A stretch of 63,872 nucleotides of DNA, filler included, from Octopus bimaculoides (taxonomy: Eukaryota), in the NCBI RefSeq assembly GCF_001194135.2. It is 6 parts of 6 records of this genome, joined end to end, with 100 filler letters (N's around TTAATTAATTAA, not from the genome) between each part and the next. Parts side by side here need not be neighbours in the genome. Positions count along the whole stretch, not along the records: positions 1 to 23,386 come from NC_068994.1; 5 more parts are not named here. One strand, given 5' to 3'. Positions 1-12,372 of this stretch are shown one piece after another. Numbering within the stretch: position 1 is the stretch's first letter; the number at the start of each line of letters is the position of its first letter. The notes beneath the pieces were generated by a model. The model made no database searches. It saw nothing but the letters and a program-made list of their open reading frames with translations, and was not told where the DNA came from. A program made the translations under genes and the position numbers.

Positions 1-17
1 TATATATACATATATAC

Positions 18-180
18 GACAGGCTTCTTTCAGTTTCCGTCTACCAAATCCACTCACAAGGCTTTGGTCGGCCCGAGGATATAGTAGAAGACACTTGCCC
101 AAAGTGCCACGCAGTGGGACTGAACCCGGAACCATGTGGTTGGTAAGCAAGCTACTTACCACACAGCCACTTCTGCGCCT
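18..180 (-). mobile_element. SINE family A (tRNA-derived head), 5' half
   Basis: Reverse complement of the head seen at 5764 (GTGTGGTAAG..GGTTCCGGGTTCAGTCCCACTGCGTGGCAC; Pol III A/B-box-like), running into the internal (TA)n at the window start. Confidence 0.9.
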
Positions 181-334
181 ACCTGTCCATGTTTTGTTTA
201 CATTTTATTTATCTACTTATTTACTTGCCGTGCAGAAATGCCCTTAGCCTCAGGGGCGGTGCTACTGCTGTGCACGCAGGTACTCTAAACCACATCCACC
301 ATCCACCGCATCTACGTAGAGAAAGGCTTCTCGA

Positions 335-531
335 TTTAAACTAAGTCTTAGTTCCTCTCGGAGAGTTGGCCAGTACATTGGACAGCATGAAATCTCCTGT
401 CATCCTGGTTTTGATCACAGTTGTCCGCAACTTCCCAGGTTGTGCTAAATTGATTCAGATCTTCTTTGAAAATGGCGTGCCATGTCTTCTTGTGTTACCA
501 TCACTTTCTTTGTTCCACTGGTGCCACTTAC
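335..531 (-). mobile_element. RTE-like LINE C-terminal/3' remnant
   Basis: Manual minus-strand translation VAPVEQRK*W*HKKTWHAIFKEDLNQFSTTWEVADNCDQNQDDRRFHAVQC resembles the RTE ORF end (GRPKKTW..FKEDL..DR..WR..VAQC). Contains stops. Confidence 0.55.
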
Positions 532-1030
532 CGTATTTTCCAGTGGTGTTCTCTGTCTATTATTTTAACTTCATCCCACAGGGGGAGGTGGTCTCCATTT
601 TTCCATACACGATCAACTATACCCGATTTATCAATATCTCCTCGTATCACAGCTTTGTGATGTTTGTTTACCCTTATTTTGAGGGGGCGACATGTTTCGC
701 CTTTGTATAACCTACCACAGCTGCATGGCATGGAGTACACGCAGTCTTTGGTCGTAATCTCTTCTATTGGTGGGTTTACTCGAAGGAGATATTTGTGAAG
801 TGTTGTATTACTCTTGAATACTGTCCTGATGTCATATGGGCTGCATATCTTTTGTATCTTTTCGGAGAGGCCTTTCACATAGGGTAGACAGACAGTAGAG
901 AGTCTATCCACCTCATCCTCTCTCTTCTTCATAATTGGAGTGGATAGTATACTTTTGGGGTAGTTGTTGCTTAACAGATCGTTATTGAGCTTGATCATTT
1001 CTTCATGGTGTGTATCCCGATTGCTACTTA
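532..1030 (-). mobile_element. Penelope-like element fragment (end of RT thumb + GIY-YIG endonuclease)
   Basis: ORF 528..1058: ..NNYPKSI..VCLPYVKGLSEKIQKIC..VYSMPCSCGRLYKGET..RVNKH..KSGIVDRVW..WDEVKIIDREHHWKIR. The LPYV motif plus VYxxPCxCGxxYxGET is the PLE signature. Confidence 0.92.
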
Positions 1031-1200
1031 AGTTAAAATAATAGACAGAGAACACCACTGGAAAATACGAAAACTAAAAGAAGCAGCACATGTGCTAGGA
1101 CACAACAACCTCCTAAGCAGACCGAGTGCAGTATGAGCAGCATATGGGAATCGGTATTAAGGAAGGATAGAAAAATATTAGATTTATAAGCCCTAAAATT
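1031..1200 (+). mobile_element. Penelope-like element C-terminus, inverted relative to 532-1030
   Basis: The plus strand reads KIIDREHHWKIRKLKEAAHVLGHNNLLSRPSA, directly continuing the minus-strand ORF. 1031-1069 is the exact reverse complement of 532-570. Confidence 0.85.
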
Positions 1201-1249
1201 CACTCCATAATTTCCTACGGGCATATGGCGTAGAGGTTAAGAGCACGGG

Positions 1250-1385
1250 CACTTTCAGTTTCCGTCTACCAACTCCTCTCACAAAGGCTTTGGTCAGCTT
1301 GAGGCTATAGTAGGAGACAATTGTCCAAGATATCACGCAGTGGGACTGAACCCAGAAAGCAAACATTTACCAAACAACCACCACA
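1250..1385 (-). mobile_element. SINE family A, degraded 5' half
   Basis: TTTCAGTTTCCGTCTACC..GGCTTTGGTC..CACGCAGTGGGACTGAACCC matches family A. Confidence 0.8.
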
Positions 1386-1391
1386 AACTGG

Positions 1392-1429
<38 letters not shown>

Positions 1430-2030
1430 AGGGGAGAGAGACGGAGAACGAGAGAAACATTAAAAAAACTAATGTCAAATAAGTCAGCGTCGACTCAGTG
1501 ACGCCATAAATGCGGCACCAAAATGGCTGTACCACAACGTTTCATACTCAGCCCAAATTCACTATTCTTTGTAAACAAAACGGAGGTGCTCACATCTGTA
1601 AACCTTTGATCGCAGGTTTATTCAAGCTGAACTGTCCTGAGATTAAATAATACAACGTCGGTGGGGTAGGAGATAAAAACTTGTCCTCCACCCTATCCTC
1701 AAGGCTGTTTATGACCTCAAAATCTTAAAGGCTAAATCAAACGTAATATTTTTCATTTAAGTATTTTGGGAGAATTTTTAATCGAAAAAATTACTTTTGT
1801 TTGTTAAAGGTCATTAAGAAAAACCTGAGAAAAGTTGCCCTTTAAAATTTGAAGGAAGAATTATTTTTCCTAGAGTTGCATGTTGGAGGGAGAGGAAAAG
1901 TAGGGAGGAAGAGAAGAGAGAGATAGACAGATAGACGGGGAAAGAGACAGGGAGAGAGAGAGTGAGAGAGAGTGGCGAGATTGCTAGAGACTGAGAGACA
2001 CTAAGAAACAAGTAAAACAAACAAGAGAGA

Positions 2031-2069
<39 letters not shown>

Positions 2070-2469
2070 GGGAGGGAGGGAGAGAGAAACAGACAGACAG
2101 ACAGATAGAGACAGTGACAGCGAGAGACAGACAAATAGACAGACAGGCAGAAACGACCAACTGCACAGCCAGCCAACCTGACAGTCAGCAAGACAGTCAG
2201 ACAGACAGACAGACAGACAGACAGATAGCGTTAGAGATAGACAGACCAAATAAGTACCAGTTGAGTAATGGAGTTGATGCAATCGACTAGCCCCTCCCCT
2301 CACAGAATTGCTGGCCTTGTGCCCAAACTAGAAGGAAATATATTTAGCGACCTCTTTAGTTTATAATTCTTTCTAGCATAGGCACAAATCTACAAATTTT
2401 GCGGTGAGGGTTTAATCGATTAATTCGCCTCACCCCAGTATTTTGTTGGTATTTTAAAAAGTAAAGTCA

Positions 2470-2712
2470 CGTGGACTAGTGGTTAGGGTGTTGCACTCAC
2501 AGTCTTCCAACCGTGGTTTCGACTCCCAGACCGGATGTTGCGTTGTGTTCTTGAGCAAAACTCTTCATTTCACGTTGCTCCAGTCCACTCGGCTGTACAT
2601 GGGCTACCTTGCGATAGACTGGAATCACGTTCAGGAGGAGGGAGGATGTCGTGGTCTCGGTCACTATACACCATGGAAATCAGGTGAATTGCCCGATCAA
2701 TCCTTGGACAGT
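2470..2712 (+). mobile_element. SINE family D (tRNA head + CORE/Deu-like TTGAGCAA..CTCCAGTCCACTC domain)
   Basis: TAGTGGTTAGGGTGTTGCACTC..GGTTTCGACTCCCAGACCGG (A/B boxes), then TTCTTGAGCAAAACTCTTCATTTCACGTTGCTCCAGTCCACTC. Homologous to 39846-40080. Followed by a (TTC)n tract. Confidence 0.8.
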
Positions 2713-2727
2713 AACGTCCAAAGAACT

Positions 2728-3045
2728 TTCTTCTTCTTCTTCTTCTTCTTCTTCTTCTTCTTCTTCTTCTTCTTCTTCTCCTCCTCCTTTCTTCTCCTTC
2801 TTTCCCTTCTTCTTGTCTTTCACCTTCTCCCTCTTCCTCTTCTTTTTCTCCATCGACTTCTTCCGCTTCTTTTTCTCTTCTTCTTCCCCTTCCTCTTCTT
2901 TCTCTTCCTCATCCTCATCCTTTTATTTCTTCTTATTCCCCTTCTTTTTCTTTTTTTCCTCCCCCTCTTACTTTTCTTTCTTCTTCTTTTCCTTTTCTTT
3001 CTTCCTCCTCCTCTCCTACATTTTCCCCCTTACATCTTCTTCGTA
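2728..3045. repeat. (TTC)n and degenerate pyrimidine tract
   Basis: Direct inspection; explains the poly-F/poly-S ORFs. Confidence 0.95.
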
Positions 3046-3624
3046 TTCCATTCGCATCTACAATGCATTATAGTCATATAGATCTGCTGCTGTACTAACT
3101 TGAGAGGTACTTTATTTCATGAGCTCCAATGAGATGAAAGACAAAATTGACTGGCAGGGTTTGAACTTAGAACGTAAAGAGCCTTAAATAAATGCCGCAC
3201 AAGTATTGTTACTGAGGCCGATATAATGGAATCGACCAAACCCACCTTCCCTAAAAACTTGAGTAAATGTATCTATGATAGAAATCACTGTAACATATTG
3301 ACAGAAACTAAGGAGTTTGGTTCAAGCTGGATATTCTATTTCTGTCTCTTGGTAATACCATTATTCCAAAGTTCGTCTGTTCTGGAGTTTAGAGTTACAA
3401 ATCACATCCAAAATATCTGCCAACGAAGTGTTCTCATGGGAAGGATCTGTAGAAACAGTGAAAGGCTGAGTCAATAAAGTCACGTTATTGGTCGAAGAAC
3501 TGATTAGAAAAAAAAAACATACTCAGGCACGCCTGCTGTATGAAAACTTAATAGTAAAGTAGATGCTAACTTATCTAATGTAGTAAGTCAATACATTTCA
3601 AGTAATTTCTTTCTAATTTTGTTA

Positions 3625-4260
3625 GGGACGCGCAAATCAATTATGTCGACCCCAGTACTCAGTTGGTACTTATTTTATCGACCTCGTAAGAATCAAAGGT
3701 AAATTCGACCTAGGCAGCATTTGAACTCAACGTAAAGAATCGGTTGAAATGCCGAAAAGTATTGAGCTAACAATTCTGCCAGCTCACCGCTTTAATATAT
3801 TTCAAATAATTAAGATTACACATTTAGCGATGAAGACAATCGATATCTTAAATTAATAATTATAACAAAAAAAAAGCGTAATTTTAATTAATTACAATTA
3901 TTTAAATATGAAAGACGACGAGCTGACAATCGTTAGCGTGTCTAACAAAATAATTTGCAGCATTTCTTTCGACTTTACGTTCAGATTTCGCCGTGGTCGT
4001 CTTTGCCTTTCATTCTTTCGAGGTCATTAAAATAAGTATCAGTTGATTTCGAATTTTGGCACAGAGCCAGCAATTCTGGGGAAGGGCATAAGTCGATTAC
4101 ATGGATCCCACTGCTCAACTGGTACTTATCTTACCGACTCGGAAGAATGAAAGGTAAAATTTACCTCTGTGGAATGTGAACTCAGAACGTAAAGACGGAC
4201 GAAATGCCGCCAAGCATTTTGTTCGGCGTGCTGACGATTCTGCTCGCTTGCCGCCTTTGA
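3625..4260. mobile_element. Cluster of three SINE family B copies (3625-3792 -, 3915-4050 +, 4045-4258 -)
   Basis: Shared GTACTTATTTTATCGAC..AAAGGTAAA..GAATTTGAACTCAGAACGTAAAG..GAAATGCCG..CTGCCAGCTCACCGC blocks in both orientations. Confidence 0.85.
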
Positions 4261-4789
4261 AACTCCAAATACTGGCTTCAAATTTCAACGCAAGCCTAGT
4301 AATTTTATTAGGGTGCTTGCAGTAGTTGACTGGTAATTATTTTATCAAACCGGAAAAGATAAAAAAATGGTTTCCCTTAGATTTTTATTAGAACGCAAAT
4401 CACTCCTATATTATCATTGTTGTTTCACCCCAGGTCGGCCCCAGTCAAACAGACATATAATTAAAAATACACTAGCCATGAACATCAATCCCATAATATT
4501 TTTTTACTTAGACAGCGCGCCTCAGTCTATATTACCCTACAATATGTCTTTTAAAATGATAGAGCGTGGTTTCAGGAAACCTCTTGCTATTATTTCTAAC
4601 TAGTAATCAGCCATATAGAAGCTCATTGGTTACTGCTGCTGCTGCTGTTGTTGTTGTTGTTAAACCCCAAGCTCAGCTCTGATCATGCAGTCCTATAAAG
4701 AAAAAAGACATTTCAGCCATGATCATCTTGTCTTAAATCAGCCATTTTATCTCTCACTACATTACCTAATAATGTCCTTCTGTTTTATT

Positions 4790-5150
4790 ACTTAGGGCAG
4801 CGAAATGGGGTTTCTCTGAAGGATCTCGTTACTTAACGTTATTTAACAGGAAGCTTATAGACCCCAGGTTAAGGAGTTTCTCCAGGTGAACCCGATATTT
4901 CTTTACATTGAGGGGTTGGGCATGCAAGAAACAATCACAAGACGGATTCTCCGAGCCGAGCTGAACCAACCAGCGGGAGACCTAAGGACAGACCAAGAAC
5001 GAGACGACTGGATAATATCCACAGTCTGTTGGTCACGCTTGGGAATCCAGTTGGAAAGTGTAATGACGGTTGCTTTTAATATAACTGGAGAGGGCGCCTG
5101 AGGACTCTACCCTCACAACATGAATAGTAGATGGAGAAAACTGATGGATG
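4790..5150 (+). mobile_element. RTE-clade (Expander/Rex3-like) LINE 3' end
   Basis: Frameshift-joined translation ETITRRILRAEL..GRPKDRPRTRRLDNIHSL/WSRLGIQLESVMTVA../NWRGRLRTLPSQHE* matches the RTE C-terminus (GRPRTRW..RLGI..W...L). GATGGATGG-type tail follows. Confidence 0.75.
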
Positions 5151-5154
5151 GTAG

Positions 5155-5712
5155 GATGGCGAGCCAATAGAATAGTTAGCGTATCGGATAAAATGTTTAG
5201 CGGCATTTCTTCCGGTTATTTTGAGTTTAAATTCTGCTGAGGTCAACTTTGTTTTTCATTTTCCGGGTCGATAAAATAAGTACCAGATGAACTCTGGGAT
5301 CGATGTAATTAATTTGCCCCTCTCCCTATAACTGCTGGCCTTGTGCCGAAATTTGAAACCATTATTAAATGAAGGTAATTGTGTGATTGGAAGGAGATTT
5401 AGCTACTACTTTTAGCAGCTCAAACTTGTTCCATAGAGCTTCAAGCCACATTAATTCATAAGAACATTATCATAAGTTATTATTCAGAGCAAATGATTAA
5501 CAGAATTGGTGGAGCGCCAGAATAAGATGCTCGGTACTATTCCAGCTCTTTAAATTTAAATTCTGATTTCAAATCCCGCCGAAGTCAAATTTGCATTTCA
5601 CCCCTATGGGATCAATAAGATAAAATACTAGTCCAGTACCCGAGTAGATGTAATTGGCTAGCCTCCTGACCCCACAAAATTACTGACCTTGTGCTTGAAT
5701 TAGAAAGAATTA
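5155..5712 (+). mobile_element. Two tandem SINE family B copies (5155-5362, 5500-5712)
   Basis: AAATTCTGCTGAGGTCAACTTT..GGTCGATAAAATAAGTACCAG..GATCGATGTAAT..CTGGCCTTGTGCC. Confidence 0.8.
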
Positions 5713-5763
5713 TTAGCGGTCAGTATGCAGAGCGTTGAACTTTGTTAAAAAGAATTCATCATG

Positions 5764-6177
5764 AGGCGTAGGAGTGGTTGTGTGGTAAGTAGCTTGCATA
5801 CCAACCACATGGTTCCGGGTTCAGTCCCACTGCATGGCACCTTGAGCAAGTGTCTTCTACTATAGCCTCGGGCCAACCAAAGCCTTGTGAGTGGATTTGG
5901 TAGACGGAAACTGAAAGAAACCCGTCATATATATGTATATATGTATGTGTGTGTATATGCTTGTGTGTCTGTGTTTGTCCCCCCAACATTGCTTGACAAC
6001 CAATGCTGGTGTGAGTACGTCTCCGTAACTTAGCGGTTCGGCAAAAGAGACAGATAGGATAAGTACTATGCTTACAAAGAATTAGTCCTGGGGTCGATCT
6101 GCTCGACTAAAGGCGGTGCTCCAGCATGGCTACAGTCAAATGACTGAAACAAGTAAAAGAGTAAAAGAGTAAAGAGT
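5764..6177 (+). mobile_element. SINE family A, full length (~415 bp) with internal (TA/TG)n
   Basis: tRNA-like head, body, internal microsatellite at ~5928-5975, 3' half (CCGTAACTTAGCGGTTCGGC..CTGGGGTCGAT..GCGGTGCTCCAGCATGG) and (AAAGAGT)n tail. Near-identical to 57621-58006. Confidence 0.92.
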
Positions 6178-7325
6178 ATGATATTTGCTCCAGCGCTCTA
6201 CATTCTACGTTCAATTCCCACAAAGGTAAACGTCGCCTTTTATTCTTCTGGAACCGATGAATAAAGTAGCAGAATAGGATCGGGAACAGGAGGTGTTGCT
6301 GCAAGCGCACCCCTTCAAATTTCTGGTGGGCAATGAAAACGCTCTGAATACCCTACTGAAAACTGGATTAGCATCCCCTAAGCAAATTCCGTTCCCGCAC
6401 ATATGTACCAATTGATATTTAGAGCGATAATTATCGTCTTATTTCTACCAGCAAATTTCTGCCCTTAATTTCTACGTTAGAAATTATTATTAAACACTCA
6501 GTAAAGCTCTATTTGTCCCTTATTACATTTACAACTGGATTAAGGGCGGTGGATTAACGAAATCGATAGGGCGATGAATAAAATATCCTGTGGTACCAAG
6601 TTAGGAGTATGTTATTGCATTCATGATCAAATCCCAGTCGAGATCAACGTTGTGCTTCTCCTATCACCACCATCGTCATCATCATCATTATGAACCCTTG
6701 GGCATAACTGAACCGAGTCCTATGACTCGTAGACCAGGAAGTGAAGGACAGGGTAGTGAGATATGGGCATGAGAAATGAGGCAAAGAAAGGAGTGGAAAG
6801 TGACGTGGGCAACGAAAATGAGACAATAAGGAGGTTAAGGGGGGGGGGAGCAAATTAGTTGACTTGCTCTCTGGTGCCGTTGACCAACCATTTACTACTC
6901 CAAGAGCGGCTGGTAGTTGGAGAAGAGAACCTCGGCAATCAGAAATAAATCAATAAACGCTTATTTCGACTCTCTCTTTTTCCCTACTCCTTCACCTCTC
7001 TCTTTTCCTCNNNNNNNNNNNNNNNNNNNNNNNNNNNNNNNNNNNNNNNNNNNNNNNNNNNNNNNNNNNNNNNNNNNNNNNNNNNNNNNNNNNNNNNNNN
7101 NNNNNNNNNNNNNNNNNNNNNNNNNNNNNNNNNNNNNNNNNNNNNNNNNNNNNNNNNNNNNNNNNNNNNNNNNNNNNNNNNNNNNNNNNNNNNNNNNNNN
7201 NNNNNNNNNNNNNNNNNNNNNNNNNNNNNNNNNNNNNNNNNNNNNNNNNNNNNNNNNNNNNNNNNNNNNNNNNNNNNNNNNNNNNNNNNNNNNNNNNNNN
7301 NNNNNNNNNNNNNNNNNNNNNNNNN

Positions 7326-7366
<41 letters not shown>

Positions 7367-7734
7367 CACACGCACACACACACGCACACACACACGCACA
7401 CACACACAACGGCACATACGCAGGCATATGCACATATATGTAATTAGTTTTCCAATTATATTGGTATACATACATATATATGCGTACGTGCATGCGTGTG
7501 TGTATGTATGTGTGTGTGTACAGATGCATATATACCTATAAATATGTGTATAGAAATGTATGTGTATATGAATGTGTGTATGTATCTATCTATCTGTATA
7601 TATGTATACATACAACACACTCTCACACACATACGTATATACATACATATTCTCTAATTTATATATATATCCGTAAATATATATGTATCTATACATATGT
7701 GCGTGTATCTGTGTCTGAGATATATATATATACT

Positions 7735-7765
<31 letters not shown>

Positions 7766-9065
7766 GTACATACATACATACGTGTACATGTGTGTGTGTT
7801 GCTTACTTTATAACAAAACTTCTTTAAAATACATCATATTATTTCCTTTCAGTTTTCTTCATATCATTCCTTCATTTGTTCATTCATTTGTTCTTTCATT
7901 CTTACATTCTATCGTTTTTTTAATTTTTTTAATTTTTAATTTTTTTTTTTTTGCTTTTCCACATCTTCCTTCCTTCCTTCTTTCTTTCCAAATGTCTAAT
8001 CTGCAGTTAATTAAATTCTGAATGCATCGTTAATAGATTCTGAAATTTAACAATCATCATATTTACTGAGGATTTCTATAATTAAAGTTCATAGCTTCCC
8101 ACCCCGCCCTCCCCACTGCAACGTCTTCATTATCGTTATCATTATCATTAACAGTATTGTTATCANNNNNNNNNNNNNNNNNNNNNNNNNNNNNNNNNNN
8201 NNNNNNNNNNNNNNNNNNNNNNNNNNNNNNNNNNNNNNNNNNNNNNNNNNNNNNNNNNNNNNNNNNNNNNNNNNNNNNNNNNNNNNNNNNNNNNNNNNNN
8301 NNNNNNNNNNNNNNNNNNNNNNNNNNNNNNNNNNNNNNNNNNNNNNNNNNNNNNNNNNNNNNNNNNNNNNNNNNNNNNNNNNNNNNNNNNNNNNNNNNNN
8401 NNNNNNNNNNNNNNNNNNNNNNNNNNNNNNNNNNNNNNNNNNNNNNNNNNNNNNNNNNNNNNNNNNNNNNNNNNNNNNNNNNNNNNNNNNNNNNNNNNNN
8501 NNNNNNNNNNNNNNNNNNNNNNNNNNNNNNNNNNNNNNNNNNNNNNNNNNNNNNNNNNNNNNNNNNNNNNNNNNNNNNNNNNNNNNNNNNNNNNNNNNNN
8601 NNNNNNNNNNNNNNNNNNNNNNNNNNNNNNNNNNNNNNNNNNNNNNNNNNNNNNNNNNNNNNNNNNNNNNNNNNNNNNNNNNNNNNNNNNNNNNNNNNNN
8701 NNNNNNNNNNNNNNNNNNNNNNNNNNNNNNNNNNNNNNNNNNNNNNNNNNNNNNNNNNNNNNNNNNNNNNNNNNNNNNNNNNNNNNNNNNNNNNNNNNNN
8801 NNNNNNNNNNNNNNNNNNNNNNNNNNNNNNNNNNNNNNNNNNNNNNNNNNNNNNNNNNNNNNNNNNNNNNNNNNNNNNNNNNNNNNNNNNNNNNNNNNNN
8901 NNNNNNNNNNNNNNNNNNNNNNNNNNNNNNNNNNNNNNNNNNNNNNNNNNNNNNNNNNNNNNNNNNNNNNNNNNNNNNNNNNNNNNNNNNNNNNNNNNNN
9001 NNNNNNNNNNNNNNNNNNNNNNNNNNNNNNNNNNNNNNNNNNNNNNNNNNNNNNNNNNNNNNNNN

Positions 9066-9159
<94 letters not shown>

Positions 9160-9487
9160 TGAATATATCTATATGTGTGTAGATATACACACGCATACAT
9201 AAATACATACATGTGTATGTATGCATCAATACGAGCAAATAATTCACAAGAAAAATATAATTCACGAAAAAAATAATTTGCGAAGATATCATTGACTCTG
9301 TTATTATCTAGTGTAACAATTTAAAAATGATAATAACAGAATCAATAATATTGGCGAGTGCAGGCCCCAAAAAAGCATTCGGACGGTTGATTTCTGTAGT
9401 TATTATTATTGTATTTTGGCGATTTAGATAAGAGTTTTTTACTGTTATTTCCAGCAGGCAGACATACTTAGTATTTCCTTTGATTAA

Positions 9488-9519
<32 letters not shown>

Positions 9520-9540
9520 TTATTATACATTTTTTTTTCT

Positions 9541-9745
9541 CAAAATGTAACCACAAGTGAATCGTTGGCGATTTTTTTCCCTCCGTCTCCCTTTTCTATT
9601 GGACTTTCCTCTGTTTCTGAAGAAGAGCATTTGCTCGAAATATTAAACCACCTTTCTTTTCTTCCCTGAGCGTCTGCCAATAGTTTACATCTACCACCTC
9701 CTCCCGTTGTTTTTTTTGTGTTTGTTCTTCGTTTTGGGGGGATTC
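9541..9745 (+). mobile_element. Hammerhead-bearing mini-element (Penelope-derived-like), diverged copy
   Basis: Same architecture as 35336-35523: pyrimidine leader, hammerhead motif, shared GAGCGTC and ACCACCT blocks, 3' end at (AT)n. Confidence 0.6.
9613..9648 (+). ncRNA. Minimal type I hammerhead ribozyme motif
   Basis: GTTT-CTGAAGA-A-GAGC(ATTT)GCTC-GAAA-TA-TT-AAAC: stem I GTTT/AAAC, intact CUGANGA and GAAA core, palindromic ATAT in place of stem III. Confidence 0.7.
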
Positions 9746-9772
9746 ATATATATATATATATACATCCAGCCA

Positions 9773-9802
<30 letters not shown>

Positions 9803-9804
<2 letters not shown>

Positions 9805-10720
9805 CGAAGTGTGTTCAAAAGGTATCCGACACTTTTTTTCTGCTAAAAGTAATGCCGCATGGGCAAAATCCTTGAGACGGAGAGTGACGCCAACCTTTCT
9901 GCGCATGAGAGAAAATTTTTGCGCCAATAGGCTACGTCAGTCCCGGGTTGTTACGCCAACAGTACAGACGTGTAGTGTGCGCTCGCTGGAGTTTCGTTTC
10001 AACGAAAGCATCGGGTAGAGATATTGCATCAAGTTTTGTCAATAGTTTGATGATACTGAAACTCAAACCATCAAGAATATTCAGCAAACCTTTCGGGATG
10101 ACTCCATGAGCAAAACTCAGATCAAAGAATAGTACAATGGTACAACCGCTTCAAACATAGCTACACCTCAGTGAAGTGTGTCAGGCAGGCCATCCACAAG
10201 CCGAAACGAGGAGCTCGTTGTGAAGGCTATGCAAATAGTCATGGACGACTGTCGTGTAATAATCCAGGAAATTGCTCACGTAGTGGAAATAAACACGAGA
10301 TCAATGCATCCCATTTTAACGGAGGATTTGTGCATGCGGAGAGGGTCGGCAAAATTCGTCGCCAATGTGCTGGCGGAGCAGTAGAATCATCTCCGCATGG
10401 AAATCGCTTAAGAGATGCTGAACTGTGCAAGCCACCACCCAGACTTCGTAAGCAACATCATCATTGATGTAGAAACATGGGTTTACGGTCTCTGCTTGAT
10501 ACGTTCGGTCATCGTGCGTGAAAACGAAAATCCGACAAGCACGCACTACACAGCTCTGCTCTAAGCGTAACAGCCGGGAACTGGTGCGGCCTACCGGCGT
10601 GAAAACTTTCACGAATGCTCAGAAAGAGTGATATCATCTCCCACCCAAAGAATTTTGCCCATGCGTCTTTAGTTTTGGTGGGGAAAAATAAAGTTGGATA
10701 ATTTTTTAACGTACCTCGTA
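9803..10720 (+). mobile_element. mariner transposon fossil, internally deleted, with imperfect TIRs
   Basis: Left TA-CGAAGTGTGTTCAAAAGGTATCCGAC vs reverse complement of the right end TA-CGAGGTACGTTAAAAAATTATCCAAC. Broken transposase: RYCIKFC..MSKTQIKE, SGRPSTS..AKFVANVLAEQ, NIIIDVETWVYG. ~918 bp. Confidence 0.88.
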
Positions 10721-10729
10721 CATATATCC

Positions 10730-10773
<44 letters not shown>

Positions 10774-10784
10774 TTATGCATTCG

Positions 10785-10825
<41 letters not shown>

Positions 10826-10925
10826 ATTTATATATCTCCTGATTTTAATCTAGAGTTAATTTTGACAGGCCACCTGCTTAGTAGCAAGGCTTTGAAGGAA
10901 AGCAACTTGTTTACTTCATTATCCT

Positions 10926-11140
10926 TCAACCCTTTTGGCACCATTCTGCCAGGGACCACTCCTAGTTTTGTGATAAATTTCAAATGATTCAAATCAAAAC
11001 TTTTCATCAAAATTCTATGTTAATTTAGGTCACCAACACCAGCTAAATAATGACTATGTTATTTTCAAAATTTTTCATTATTTTCGAAATTAATTGAAAT
11101 ATAAGCAATGCCTCTCAACAGAATTTTGGTAATAAGTGTC
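10926..11140. mobile_element. Possible decayed MITE (AACCCTTT-type terminus)
   Basis: Begins TCAACCCTTTTGGCACC, followed by an AT-rich body. The right TIR is not clearly recoverable; family identity is from recall only. Confidence 0.3.
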
Positions 11141-12372
11141 AAATTTTAAGAAGAGCTTGTAGATCTTTATTGTCCCAGATATCATGATCATCTGTAGTGT
11201 AAGGATTAAAGAGTTGCATTCTCCCCTCAAGAACTCAAATTCAACCATATTTTGTTCCAGACAGGCTGGTACATTTACTGTTAGTCTATATGTGACTAAA
11301 TCAGTAACCCTACCAAACTTACTTGGTAAGGCGGATGGTTTTCGTTAAACGTTCTGCAGGATAAAAACGAAAACCCATCAAGGGACAGAAGAACTTAGTA
11401 GTAGAGTCAATAGCCATACAACAGATGGGAGTGAGAGACGCATAGTCTTTGTTTCAATATCTGTCCGAGACAGTTATTACCAAAGTGGGTCGAGCCACCT
11501 CTCTGAGGGCGGTGGAAAAATCCAGGGAACGTTGAAGAAATGTAGAGCGATAATGGGGTGGCAAAATGGAAGTAATGGCTGGCAATGCTCACGCCTCTAT
11601 TTTTCAATGGTACACTCAAATTGAGAAAATAGTGTTTAAAAATCGATTTGAAAAACGTTGTTTTAATAAAAATTACTTCAAGTAAAACAGAACATTAAAA
11701 ATAAAGAAATACAACAAAACAAAAGTTTACTAATGAAGCTGGTCATAAAATTCCCATGAGAATTCCCTAAAAAAAAGACGAAAGCATATGACACTAACAA
11801 TAATGACAAGAACAACAGCTACAACAAAATGAAAAGGAATCATTATAATAATGACGGACTGACTCTCCCGTCGAAGGCGATAAATTAGCGTTCAGTTTTT
11901 GCCGAACGATCTACGCAAATGATTTGTTTATAGAGAGATCAAATGTTCATGCCACACATTAGCTCACTGTCTCCATTAAATCGACAAAATTGTTTCTTTG
12001 TTCACGACCGAGGGTTTATCTAAAAGACTGAGGACGGCACAGGACAACGCAACACAAATAGAGTGGGGTTGAAGCATATAAAAACAGGATAACGATAAAA
12101 ACTATAAGTTAAATTCCCAAAGAGGGAGACTTCCAAAGGCTGCTCGTGAAAACCCCACAAAAACTACGATCGCCCTAACCTTTAGGGCAAGTGCCCGCTC
12201 CACTTCATCTACCCTCGACCTAGAGGCGCATGCATAGATTACGCCCCTCCACTCGAGCTTTTCACGCTACATTCATCCACCTTCTACCAAAATTCCTGAG
12301 AGGCAGCATTTCCCTCTTTACACTCACTTTCCTTTTCAAGTGAAACGTGAAAAAGTTGAATATATATATGTT

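Noticed and set aside
522-533. G|GTAAGT donor at the end of the minus-strand Penelope ORF
   Set aside because: It falls at the junction with the RTE remnant, and no acceptor or downstream exon was found.
532-1069. 39-bp inverted repeats as TIRs of a DNA transposon
   Set aside because: The repeat is Penelope coding sequence (KIIDREHHWKIR) duplicated at an inversion.
1215-1250. tRNA gene
   Set aside because: Only a truncated tRNA-like SINE head. This and the other tRNA-like heads cannot form a full cloverleaf.
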